A stretch of 63,924 nucleotides of DNA, counting the filler, from Octopus bimaculoides (taxonomy: Eukaryota): assembly GCF_001194135.2 (NCBI RefSeq). It is 8 parts of 6 records of this genome, joined end to end, with 100 filler letters (N's around TTAATTAATTAA, not from the genome) between each part and the next. Parts side by side here need not be neighbours in the genome. Positions count along the whole stretch, not along the records: positions 25,608 to 51,525 come from NC_068982.1; 7 more parts are not named here. One strand, given 5' to 3'. Under the pieces are notes generated by a model. That model was not told the DNA's origin, did no database searches, and saw only the letters and a program-made list of their open reading frames with translations. The position numbers and the translations under genes were made by a program. Shown one piece after another: positions 25,791 to 37,272 of the stretch. Numbering within the stretch: the first letter of the stretch is position 1; each line of letters starts with the position of its first letter.

Positions 25791-26377
25791 AAACTGAGAA
25801 TCTGGAAGCAGCGTGTGTGTTTGTATCGATGTGTAATTGGGTCTCCTGTCTAATTCCCTGCTCATCTCAGCTAACCTGGTTTTACCCGTCAAGCTGTTTC
25901 TTCCTGGAATCTTGTATGCAGTTAGCTTTAAATCCTCTTTAAAAATCCTGTGCATTGACAAGTTCAAAATATCAGGAGCTTTTGCAGTTTTTTTTTTTTT
26001 TTTTGCATTTCTGTAGGGATTTCAGTTCATTCACTTAACAGCTTGAACAGTTTGTTTGGTATGAATTGATTGTTTCCTAGCAGGAATTGGCTTACTAGAG
26101 GTAATGGACTCCATATATTGTTTTCAGGGATTGAACACTGTTTTACGGCACACATTCAACTGTTTTATTATGTCCTTCTTGCTCACTCCTTCAAAGCAAC
26201 AATCTGGTCACGTTTTGCTTTCAACGCCATGTTTGTTTACAAACCTATTATAGACGAACAAAACAATAGACATATATGCAAATCTTTATGTAAAATATAG
26301 GTAGTATTACATGAACCGATATTCTTTAGGAAGAGTTTTAAACATGGCTAAATATTTCTAGGACACCCTGTATGTAA

Positions 26378-26520
26378 AGTGGTTGGCACTTGGAAGAGCA
26401 TTTGGCCATAGAAACAATGTCAAAACAGACATTGGATCATGATGCAGTAGTCAGACCTGTCATATCCTGTCAAACAGTCCAATCCATGCCAGCATGGAAC
26501 ACTGACATTAAATAGTGATG
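26378..26520 (+). mobile_element. Old RTE 3' tail fragment
   Basis: GTGGTTGGCA..GAAGAGCAT..CCATGCCAGCATGGAA..GACATTAAA matches the RTE 3' UTR end. Confidence 0.6.
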
Positions 26521-26698
26521 AGACTTAGTTTCTTTTTTCTTTAATATGGTGTAAATAGAAAAATGTTGTTTCTGCAAGAACTTCGTTGACTTTTGCAGCA
26601 ATAACGAGTATAGCTATTTCTATGAAGTTTGTATTAAAACCAACTGAAATATCTAAAAGAAACTATTTTGAAATTTGAATTTTGGATTATTTTCTTAG

Positions 26699-26807
26699 GA
26701 AACCTTGCAAGGAATCATCCTGTGCCCAGATTTCCACCAAATTTGATATACCCTCCAAATTTAATGAGAATAGTTGGCTCATCAGTTCCTAATATTAATG
26801 GACAAAG
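26699..26807 (+). CDS. PATL1: PATL1 exon (first visible; Pro-rich region GNLARNHPVPRFPPNLIYPP..GQR)
   Basis: TTCTTAG acceptor and AG|GTAAGT donor. Open frame, phase 1-2, compatible with the next exon. Poorly conserved region, assigned by phase continuity. Confidence 0.7.
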
Positions 26808-27134
26808 GTAAGTTCTTTTCCTATTACGTTCTGATAAAATCTTGTCAGTTAATCTTTACAATTTTAAGGCTTTGATAACAATGATGTGTTGAATCCCAGG
26901 TTTGTTTAATCAGAGCAGACCTTGTGGCGGTGGAAATAGGAAGTTTGGTGGAGGCAAGGCGATGTTTTTACATAGAACTGTTGTGATTATTAAAATGTTC
27001 GAGACTTGTTTATTGGGTTTCAATTTGGTTATTGTTCGTTAGTATCTTCATTTAACAAACCAAAATGTCAAATTAGCCTCTGCTGTTTGCATGTTAAATT
27101 CTTTCCTTTTCTAACTCCTGATTCTTTTTTTTAG

Positions 27135-27200
27135 AATTCCTCATCCAAATGACAATGTCAGGATTCACAGACCACCTCATCAAATGCGTCAATTTAATAA
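27135..27200 (+). CDS. PATL1: PATL1 exon (IPHPNDNVRIHRPPHQMRQFN)
   Basis: T-tract + TAG acceptor and GTGAGT donor. Phase 2-2 fits both neighbours. Confidence 0.75.
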
Positions 27201-27242
27201 GTGAGTTTTATTTGTGTTTATATTGTTTCAGTAAATAACAAC

Positions 27243-27416
27243 AGGTGCAGGCATGGCTACATGGTTAAGAAATTTTCTTCCATACCATGTGGTTTTGGGT
27301 TCAATCCCACTGCATTGCACTTTGGATGAGTGTCTTCTACTATAGTTTCAAGCTGACCAAAGCTTTGTGTGAATTTGGTGGGTGGAAACTGAAAGAAGCC
27401 TGTTGCATGTGTGTGT
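27243..27416 (+). mobile_element. SINE family A, diverged 5' half
   Basis: GCAGGCATGGCT..GGGTTCAATCCCACTGC..GTGTCTTCTACTATAG..GGAAACTGAAAGAAGCC. Confidence 0.75.
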
Positions 27417-27694
27417 ATGTGTTAGTGCATTTGTTTGCTTTTATTCTAGGACCTTGTCCACTTGTTTGTGCCTTCAAGGGCATGGGAAATGAGAGACCAT
27501 ACTTGAAAAACATATCGGTTAGTGGTTAGAAGTGTGTGGCTTTTAAATACATGTCTAAGTGTGAAAAAATGAATTTAAAATGAATGAACTCAAAGTAACG
27601 ATGTCAGTAATAATTTAAGTAGTTCACATTTATATTATAAAATCTTGACACATCAAGCTAAGTTAAATTACTGTCATCCATACATGCAGACTTG

Positions 27695-27893
27695 TCCTTC
27701 ACAGGTTCTGGTGCCACATAAAATGCACTTGTGCCAGTGCTGTGTAAAAGCACCTGTCCCGGTGGCACATAAAAAGCACACAGCACACTGTGTAGTGGTT
27801 GGCATTAGAAGGGGCATCCATTTGTAGAAACCATGCCACAACAGACAATTGGAATCTGGACACCTATGGAAATGGACATTAAACGATGATGAT
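27695..27893 (+). mobile_element. Old RTE 3' UTR fragment
   Basis: GGTGGCACATAAAAAGCAC subrepeats, GTGGTTGGCATTAGAAGGGGCATCC and a GACATTAAACGATGATGAT tail. Confidence 0.7.
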
Positions 27894-28347
27894 TATAAAA
27901 TCTGTCCAGGTTAACTTCACTATGTGCAGAAATGAAACAAATTATATGAATTAATGGTAGTGATTCTCGTATTATATATATGAATCAGATGGAACTGGTG
28001 AGCCTGAGACAATGGCTGAATCCAAAAATTATCTTAGTTTAATAAGTTCAACAGTGAATCTTGTTTGTAGAAATAGTAATAAGATGTTTAGTCTTGTGTC
28101 TCGACTGTTAATTTAGATACAGAATAAAAAATCATATATTCCAGTAGCTTAGTGGATCAAGTCATTGCTCTTTTTCAGTTATAAAATGTTTTTAGTTCAA
28201 ATCATGTTTGACCTTTTGTTTACATGCCATGGATCCATGGTAAAAAAGGGAAAAAAATGTGGGCATACTCTAGAGATAGTTAATTTAAAATAGACTTTAT
28301 TTTGTTGTTTATATTTTATGGAAACGAAAATGTTCATTTATTTACAG

Positions 28348-28531
28348 CCAAAACAAAAATAATTATCAGCAGCAGCGAGGACGCGATAATTATCGGGAGC
28401 GTTTAGACACGCGGCATCCTGTTGATGAATATGCTGGGATTATGACACAGAAGGAAAAAGAATGGGTTATTAAAATTCAGCTTTTGCAGTTACACACCGA
28501 TAATCCTTATGTTGATGATTATTATTATGTA
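28348..28531 (+). CDS. PATL1: PATL1 exon, start of the Mid domain ([35 protein letters not shown])
   Basis: Matches the Pat1 signature (human [35 protein letters not shown]). TTTACAG acceptor and GTAAGT donor. Confidence 0.95.
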
Positions 28532-28746
28532 GTAAGTATTCAGAGCTTTTTCCTCTTTCTTAGAAATTAAATAACTCACTCATTTGCATGGAAGAGAATA
28601 GTAAGTAGTGCTTATAGCTTTTAATGCTCTATGCATCAGGTTATTGGCTCTGCTTTTGTTTTCTATCAGTGTATTGAATTATTGCTAATATCACAGCCAT
28701 GCATGTCCGGTCCAGTACCCTTGATGCATGGGGTAATATGATATGC

Positions 28747-29116
28747 TTGAGAAGACCTGTTGAATCAAGTAAAACCAATATTGTAGCTGTGGCCAGTGCC
28801 CCCTCACTGGCTCCCATGCCGGTGGCCTGTAAAAATCACCATCCGAATGTGGCCGATGCCAGTACCCCCTGACTGGCACATAAAAAACACTATCTGAAAA
28901 TGATCGATGCCAGGCCCGCCTGACTAGCTCCTGTGCCAGTGGCACGTAAAAAGCACCCACTACACTCGGAGTGATTGACGTTAGGAAGGGCATCCAGCTA
29001 TAGAAACATTGCCAGATCAGATTGGAGCCTGGTGCAGCTGCTGGCTCTCCAGACCTCAGTCAAACCATCCCACCCATGCCAGCATGGAATGTGGACATTA
29101 AATGATGGTGATGACG
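28747..29116 (+). mobile_element. RTE 3' UTR copy (older)
   Basis: Same organisation as 40440-40820: GAAGACCT..TCAAGTA, GTGGCCGATGCCAGTACC subrepeats and a GAT tail. Confidence 0.8.
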
Positions 29117-29140
29117 TGCAGTGAAAAAAAAGCTGATTAA

Positions 29141-30260
29141 TCATCATCATCATCATCATCATCATCGTTTAACGTCCGCTTTCCATGCTAGCATGGGTTG
29201 GACGATTTAACTGAGGACTGGTGCAACCGGATGGCTACACCAGGCTCCAATCTAATTTGGCAGAGTTTCTACAGCTGGATGCCCTTCCTAACGCCAACCA
29301 CTCAGAGAGTGTAGTGGGTGCTTTTACGTGTCACCCGCACGAAAACGGCCACGCTCGAAATGGTGTCTTTTATGTGCCACCCGCATAAGAGCCAGTCCAG
29401 GGGCACTGGCNNNNNNNNNNNNNNNNNNNNNNNNNNNNNNNNNNNNNNNNNNNNNNNNNNNNNNNNNNNNNNNNNNNNNNNNNNNNNNNNNNNNNNNNNN
29501 NNNNNNNNNNNNNNNNNNNNNNNNNNNNNNNNNNNNNNNNNNNNNNNNNNNNNNNNNNNNNNNNNNNNNNNNNNNNNNNNNNNNNNNNNNNNNNNNNNNN
29601 NNNNNNNNNNNNNNNNNNNNNNNNNNNNNNNNNNNNNNNNNNNNNNNNNNNNNNNNNNNNNNNNNNNNNNNNNNNNNNNNNNNNNNNNNNNNNNNNNNNN
29701 NNNNNNNNNNNNNNNNNNNNNNNNNNNNNNNNNNNNNNNNNNNNNNNNNNNNNNNNNNNNNNNNNNNNNNNNNNNNNNNNNNNNNNNNNNNNNNNNNNNN
29801 NNNNNNNNNNNNNNNNNNNNNNNNNNNNNNNNNNNNNNNNNNNNNNNNNNNNNNNNNNNNNNNNNNNNNNNNNNNNNNNNNNNNNNNNNNNNNNNNNNNN
29901 NNNNNNNNNNNNNNNNNNNNNNNNNNNNNNNNNNNNNNNNNNNNNNNNNNNNNNNNNNNNNNNNNNNNNNNNNNNNNNNNNNNNNNNNNNNNNNNNNNNN
30001 NNNNNNNNNNNNNNNNNNNNNNNNNNNNNNNNNNNNNNNNNNNNNNNNNNNNNNNNNNNNNNNNNNNNNNNNNNNNNNNNNNNNNNNNNNNNNNNNNNNN
30101 NNNNNNNNNNNNNNNNNNNNNNNNNNNNNNNNNNNNNNNNNNNNNNNNNNNNNNNNNNNAGCAGTTACACTTTCAGCGCACCCACCCCCACTACTAACTT
30201 GGTCACTGAGATAGCGGAAGCTATCAACTACCTCTAGTTTTTCTCCCTGGAATGAGATAG
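29141..30260 (-). mobile_element. Young 5'-truncated RTE LINE, middle hidden in a 750-N gap
   Basis: (CAT)n tail at 29141, a 3' UTR about 98% identical to the 34712 and 37031 copies, and ISFQGEKLEVVDSFRYLSDQVSSGGGCAESVTA at 30161-30260. Confidence 0.85.
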
Positions 30261-30760
30261 AAGTTGTTTCCTGTTTGTTTACAGTGTTTTGCCTAATATT
30301 TTCATTTTTGCAGCAAGCACAAGTGACACATTTGCTATTCGTTTGGCATTTATAATAAAAGCCATGCTTTACTAATGAGATTAAAATAAGACTGAAACTC
30401 AAATTATATCATGTATATGACTGTAAAAACCAAAATATTAGTCATTGAAGAATACCAATGTTAGTTTTTTTTTTTGTTTTTTTTTGTCACTTTTATTTAT
30501 TCCTAGTTGGCATTTATTATGCTCTATGCATTGAATACATTGATGGTTACTATATTCTTTTATTTCCTGCACTTAAGAAACCTCAATTGAAAATGCCTCA
30601 TATAAAACAATTCTAGGCCATGATTTTTATGGTATTGAAAGAAAATTGTAAGCAAATTGGTTTTAATCTGCAGTCTAATTTTGCTTCCATGATCTATGTT
30701 TTACAAAAATTTTTCTTAATATAATAAATCTGAGTGAGATGTAAACAGTAGCAGCACAAC

Positions 30761-31162
30761 ATCATGAAGTATATTTGCCACCTAAATGTGGCCATCCCAT
30801 ATGGGACGATGCTACTGTAGTTTATAGCCCCAGGAAGACATCTCCTCCAGCTGGCTAACGAACACTGTCTGTGTCTGATCAGTATTTGCAAAGGGAAACC
30901 ATTGTTCCCATCTCTAGCCTGATGTGATACACATGGACCTGGGTTTCTGGGTAGTAACCCATCATTAGCGTGTGACAATCACTGACTAGGGATGAGATGT
31001 GATCCCGAACACAAAATACTATATGCTTTTTCCAGTGACAAACAGTTGCTGATCTTGAAAAAAGAGAAACAGCTGGAGGAGATGTCTTCCTGGGGCTATA
31101 AACTACAATAGCATCATCCTATATGGGTCAGCCACATTTAGGTGGCAAATATACTTCACGAT
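30761..31162. mobile_element. MITE / fold-back element with 93-bp inverted arms
   Basis: Arms 30761-30853 and 31070-31162 are reverse complements with 7 mismatches, separated by a 216-bp spacer. Confidence 0.85.
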
Positions 31163-31374
31163 ATTTTCTTAATGTTCTCAAAGAAACGAGTATCAAACTA
31201 TCAGTTGTTCTTAAACCCTTAGCCTTTCCATTTGCTTCAAGGCTATTGACTTTCTTTGAAACTGATAATCTAGAAATTTTTTTTTAAATATAAAGCCTTA
31301 ATTTTTTTTAAATATAAAGCCTTAATTTTTTTTTTTTTTTAAACATTAAAAAATTTTTCTTATTCTTATTAAAG

Positions 31375-31492
31375 CGCTACACTTTAAGGAAATCAGCTGA
31401 AGAGAGGAAGAAAAAGAACAAAGAAAATAAGGATGAACCAAAACTTATTATTCCAGCACTTGCTAAAATTGAAACAAAAGCTTATACTCCAG
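31375..31492 (+). CDS. PATL1: PATL1 exon (RYTLRKSAEERKKK..IETKAYTP)
   Basis: AAG acceptor after a pyrimidine tract and CAG|GTAAAT donor. Phase 0-1 joins YYYV to AHFEGSLG. Confidence 0.85.
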
Positions 31493-32466
31493 GTAAATAG
31501 TTGTCTTGGATTTTCTGTTTGGTTCTAACCAGAATGCTGTATTAATGGACATAGTATGAAATTTTTTTTTTTATCGCTCTGAAAGATGTGATTTAGCTCT
31601 GGTTTTGGACTTCTGACTGCTATCATGTTCTGTACTACTTTGTATTTTGTAAGGCATGTTATATCAAAAATGTTCTCTTCCATTGAAAGAGTGTCTAACT
31701 GTAAAAATAATTATCCAACATAATGTGACTGGAGATCTAAATATTATCAAGTGGATGATATCATGTAGGCATTTCAAAATTTTTGGCAAGATATTTAGCC
31801 CTATATTTCTTAATTTTTTGTATTATTCTTCAACTAGTTATCTAGGATAGACCACTGTCTGTTTTGATATGTTAGTCTCACTTCTATTTTATATTATTGT
31901 CTGCAACTAAAATCTGACTAAAATATTCTGTGGCTTGCAAAATCACTTGACCAAATGTAAATATCCTCAATTTATAAAAATCTCACCATTTTCATATAGA
32001 ATTGGATGTAAAATTATTAGTTGTAAATTTTAAGGAAATTTCTCAGTTTTTGATAAATTGATCTGTTGGTTTTGATGCTGTGGATTCAGTTATTCCAATT
32101 ACCTACTTGTTGAATAAGCATGTGAAGTGGTTGAGTATTCCACAAACATGTGTACCATTAACGTAATTCTCAAGTAAAATGAGTGTGATAGAGTGCCAAC
32201 GACGTACCTTTGAATTACAGGTACAATCTCTCTGAAGAGCTTATGTACAGTTTCCATCTACCCAATTTCACTCACAAGGGATGGGTTGACCTGAGGCAAT
32301 GGTAAAAGACATTTGCCCAAGATGACACCCAGTGGGATCGAACCTGGGACCTCATGATTGCGAAGCGAACTTCTAAACCATTTGGTCACAAGACTTGTAA
32401 TTGCTTTATATTTCTTGTTAAAAAACAAAATTGTATTAAGATTACTATTTTTTTTTTAAATTAAAG

Positions 32467-32627
32467 CACATTTTGAAGGATCTTTAGGAAGAGTTTCCAC
32501 ATCAAGTGTCCACAATCCTCGACAGGTTATCGACTTAGTTTCAATGGCACACAATGATGAGCAAGGTGGAAAATCATCAGGAAGAGATGTTTACAGATAT
32601 CGACAAATGTTAATGGAAATTGAAAAA
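32467..32627 (+). CDS. PATL1: PATL1 exon (HFEGSLGRVSTSSVHNPRQVID..QMLMEIEK)
   Basis: Matches human [34 protein letters not shown] donor. Confidence 0.95.
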
Positions 32628-32803
32628 GTACGTCTATTATTTTTTAACTAAGCATAACAGCTTTGTCTCTCTCTCTATCTTTTGTTTGTAAAAATGAAAA
32701 TGTGTGGTGGTAGTTTGGGGTAATATATTTGATTCACTTCTTATTAGAGCTAATTTCAAAGTCGTACTTGATATTCATTTGGTTATTTTCGCTTTTTCTG
32801 CAG

Positions 32804-32871
32804 GCATATGTTATTTTGTTGGACATTGATGACCTGGAGAAACGTGTTTTGGCCTTACCAGAAGAATCAAG
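32804..32871 (+). CDS. PATL1: PATL1 exon (AYVILLDIDDLEKRVLALPEES)
   Basis: Matches human TYSLLLDVEDYERRYLLSLEEE. CTGCAG acceptor; phase 0-2. Confidence 0.92.
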
Positions 32872-34711
32872 GTTTGTGAATTTTGGATTGATATTTTATT
32901 ATTATTAAGAACAATATTTGTAATTTGAATTTATTTGATAATTCATTCATTTAATGTCTGTTTTTAAGGAAAAGATATTTAAGAGGTCATTAAAAGTGCA
33001 GAGCACCTGGTCATATTGTCAACGTTAACAGTTTTGCTTCAGTGATAATAGTGTGGAATATAATACTGTTATGTACGTTCTCATACACACACTCACGCTT
33101 AAATACATAGGGTCTTCCTGCAGTTTTTGTCTACCAAAATTTCTTCACACTGTATTGGCATGACATTGGTCAGTCTGAGGCTATTGTAGAAGGCACTTAA
33201 AGTGCTATGTGACCAAACTCAAAATCACATGATAGTAAAGGGAAATTCTTAACGATATCTATGCTTGTACTTATATTACAATTGATAGTTAGTGAACCCT
33301 ATAATCTTACCAGTCCTAGTTTTTATTAGAAACTGACATATCATAGCTGTCAAAAATGGCCATTTTGAATTACTTTTAGTTAATATTTTTCAGTTGGATG
33401 TTGCTATATATTAAATTTTGTCAGTGTCCTAAATTGTTTATCTCCTGATTATTCGTAATAATTGAGTAAACTTATAGCCAAAGCATCCATGACAATCCTA
33501 TCTTATTTTCTAATATAGTATATCTAACTACTATATTTTTTATATAATAATAGGGTTTCATATCGAGCTGGTTAAATCAGTTTTAAAGAATATTGCTGTT
33601 AGTGTGTTTATTGGTCGTAATATTGCTTTGAATATATTTTGTCAAGAAAGAAAGTTGGTTTATTAATCATTGAACACTTTCATAACTTACATTTTCAAAT
33701 TGGTCTTTGTTGGTTCAGTATAGTTTTGACATTGACTTACAGAAATTACTTGTAACTGAACATGTAGTGGATATTTTGTAAACCAGGGTTGAAAAGAGAT
33801 GTGAAGAGACTCTTTATATTTTGATACTCACTTTTATAGTTTTGTTTTTGCATTTACTTTCTCTATACTGACAAGACTGGTTGAGGTAGTATTATTCAAT
33901 TGGATGCCCTTTTTGGTGTCAACCCTCACTTGTTTATCATAAATAAGGTACTTCAGTGTATAACTTGATGCAAACCACTGAACTGCTAGACTTTTTGTTC
34001 ATATGGAACAAATATTACTACTGTTAACAGAGCATTAATACTACAAGCACACATAGCTACACACATGCGCACCAGACTTCAATACTGTTTACATTTACCA
34101 AATGTCATTCACAACCCAAGATTATAGTCGAAGACACTTGGTCAAGATGCCATTCAATTCCACATTGTTGCACTGTAAATATAGAGTTCATTATTTTTGT
34201 GAATGTTTTAGTTATTTCTTTTAAACATGTTGGCAGCCATTTAACAATTTGGTTTAACCATTTTATTTTTTTCACAAATATTTGAATATTTTAGTTGCCA
34301 TGCTGAATGTTATATGAATCTGATTTGATTATATTTACTTCGAAACACTATTGAAATGTAATTATGACAGCAAATGCTGTTTAGTGTAAAGACAGTTTGT
34401 TTGGCTTGTTTGTTGATTACTATGAGACACACAAAACAGTTGAACTGATTGAATGCCATATATTGTTATGCTCTCTGATATTTCTGCATTCAAATTAGTT
34501 TTCTTGTCTGTACTGCAGTTTACTAAAGAGAATCTTGTTTATAAATTCTTATCTTTCAAAACTAACTTTGCTCCCCTTAAAAGAAAATGTAAATGTTTCT
34601 ATTGCACTTTGTTACATGCTCAAAAATTGGACAACATTTAGATCAGAAGGGGTTGTACCATTCTTGTCTTTGTCAGTCCGATATCAGTGTCAAAATTATT
34701 TAGGTCACATC

Positions 34712-35031
34712 TTGAGCGTGGCCGTTGCCAGTACCGCCTGACTGGCTCCTGTAGGATTTTCGAGCGAGATCGTTGCCAGTGCCCCTGGACTGGCTTGTGC
34801 GGGTGGCACATAAAAGACACCATTTCGAGCGTGGCCGTTTTCGTGCAGGTGACACGTAAAAGCACCCACTACACTCTCTGAGTGGTTGGCGTTAGGAAGG
34901 GCATCCAGCTGTAGAAACTCTGCCAAATCAGACTGGAGCCTGGTGTTGCCATCCGGTTTCACCAGTCCTCAGTCAAATCGTCCAACCCATGCTAGCATGG
35001 AAAGCGGACGTTAAACGATGATGATGATGAT
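34712..35031 (+). mobile_element. Young RTE 3' UTR copy with (GAT)n tail
   Basis: One mismatch over about 225 bp to 37031-37255. Confidence 0.9.
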
Positions 35032-35233
35032 ATCTGAGATTGTCTACTCACCATTTCTTTGGCAGCTTCAGCTGCTTAGTCACATTAAATATTTGAGATG
35101 TTTGACATCATTGTGAAATAAACCTGATATCACATATTGAACTTTCCTTGCTCTCATTTTGCTAAGAAAAACACTATATAAAATGTTTACAATAATTCTA
35201 GTTTATCTTTATTTTTTTTTATTTCACTTGCAG

Positions 35234-35384
35234 AAAAAAATTATATGAAGACCGTACTGAGAAGATAAATCAGCTCTTTTTAAATCTGGGAACTCAAGAT
35301 AATAATGCAGATGCTTTTCTCTATATGATGTCCATCAGGAAAGGAAGGAAACTTGTGGCTCGGTGTCTTCCTATATTTAATTCG
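35234..35384 (+). CDS. PATL1: PATL1 exon, start of PatC (FLYMMSIRKGRKLVARCLP)
   Basis: Matches human FVQIMCIRKGKRMVARILP. TTGCAG acceptor; phase 2-0. Confidence 0.95.
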
Positions 35385-35486
35385 GTTTGTACTCATTGGT
35401 TTACTTAAAATGTCACTCAGCATTAAATTGTGTTTTTTAGAACATTAAGATCTAATGACTAATGACTGATACTTTTGGTGATTTGT

Positions 35487-35743
35487 TGTGCTTGAGCAGA
35501 CCCATCAAGCTAAGTGAAATCATTGTTGTGGCCAGTGCTGGTGACACATAAAAGGCATCTGTGCCGATGACATGTAAATGACACTCATTGCACTTTGTAG
35601 AGTGGTTAGCATTAGGAAGGGCATCCAGCTATAAAAAAACCCAAGCTAAAACAGACTGGAACCTGGTACAGCTTACCAGCTCCAGTCAAACTGTCTTTTC
35701 CATGCTAGGGCATGGAAAACGGACACTTAGATGGTAATCATCA
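35487..35743 (+). mobile_element. Old RTE 3' UTR copy
   Basis: GTGGTTAGCATTAGGAAGGGCATCCAGCT..CCATGCTAG.GCATGGAAAACGGAC. Confidence 0.7.
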
Positions 35744-36062
35744 GCTAAAACAAATATTTGTTTCAAATAATCAAGATGACTTGGGTTTGTGTGTTAGATC
35801 AGGGTTTTTAAAATTTTTTATGCACCATGTAAGGTTTAGCTACAAACATCAGTTTCATTGTTGCATATGTTTGCTGATGCTTTTGAACTCCTACACAGGG
35901 ACTATAAAACAGAATGTGTGTTTTAATTAATATTCAGTGAAATTTTGATTGAAATTATTGCTGTCTTCTATTGTTTACAAACTCAGAAATTAATAGGTTC
36001 AGTTCAAAGTCCATCAGCTGTTATGCTTGTGTGGTTTTTTTTTCTTTCCTTTTTGTTGTTGC

Positions 36063-36442
36063 GTGGAGGCGCAATGACCCAGTGGTTAGGGCAGCGGACT
36101 CGCTGTCATAGGATCGCGGTTTCGATTCCCAGACCAGGCGTTGTGTTTATTGAGTGAAAACACCTAAAGCTCCATGAGGCTCCGGCAGGGGGTGGTGGCG
36201 AACCCTGCTGTACTCTTTCACCACAACTTTCTCTCACTCTTACTTCCTGTTTCTGTTGTGCCTGTAATTCAAAGGGTCAGCCTTGTCGCACTGTGTCACG
36301 CTGAATATCCCCAAGAACTACATTAAGGGTACACGTGTCTGTGGAGTGCTCAGCCATTGGCACGTTAATTTCACGAGCAGGCTGTTCCATTGATTGGATC
36401 AACTGGAACCTTCGACGTCGTAAGCGACGGAGTACCAACAAC
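36063..36442 (+). mobile_element. tRNA-derived SINE sharing its 3' module with family B
   Basis: Distinct head (GGAGGCGCAATGACCCAGTGGTTAGG..GGTTTCGATTCCC). The last 190 bp or so match 14790-14962. Confidence 0.8.
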
Positions 36443-36771
36443 TTTGTTTTTGCATTTGAAAATCTGTTACTATTACTAAATCTGAAAATTTACTTACTTT
36501 TAAAAAGTAAAAGGTTATAGAACTAAAGGCAAAACGATGATTTGGAAAAATATTCATAAGTTTGGAGAATGCACTTATCATACAGTAGGTATTCATTCAG
36601 AGATACATTGTCATTTCAGTTTATGGACACTTCTGTAATTGAAAGTTTAAGTTTTAAAATAAAGTATAAGCTCCCATGTGCATAAATTGGAATAAATTTT
36701 ACTGGATTTCTTTAGGCAGTTGGTCAAAACTTGAGCTATAGTTATAATATCAGCTTAAATCAGATAATTGT

Positions 36772-37272
36772 AAAGGATGAAGATAGCTGCGTGAAAAAGT
36801 GCCACACCCTAACAGTTGAGGGAACCCGTGGAAGAGGTAGGCCCAGGAAGACCTGGGCTGAGGTGGTGAGGCAAGACCTTCGTACATTGGGCCTCACCGA
36901 GGCGATGACTACGGACCGAGACCTTTGGAAATGGGCTGTGCGTGAGAAGACCCGGCAAGCCAAGTAAGATCGTTGCCAGTGCCCCTGGACTGGTTCTTGT
37001 GCGGGTGGCACATGAGATGCNNNNNNNNNNGGGTGGCACATAAAAGACACCATTTCGAGCGTGGCCGTTTTCGTGCGGGTGACACGTAAAAGCACCCACT
37101 ACACTCTCTGAGTGGTTGGCGTTAGGAAGGGCATCCAGCTGTAGAAACTCTGCCAAATCAGACTGGAGCCTGGTGTTGCCATCCGGTTTCACCAGTCCTC
37201 AGTCAAATCGTCCAACCCATGCTAGCATGGAAAGCGGACGTTAAACGATGATGATGATGATGATGATGATGA
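36772..37272 (+). mobile_element. Young 5'-truncated RTE LINE (ORF end + 3' UTR)
   Basis: DEDSCVKKCHTLTVEGTRGRGRPRKTWAEVVRQDLRTLGL..REKTRQAK*, then the 3' UTR and a (GAT)n tail. Confidence 0.9.
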
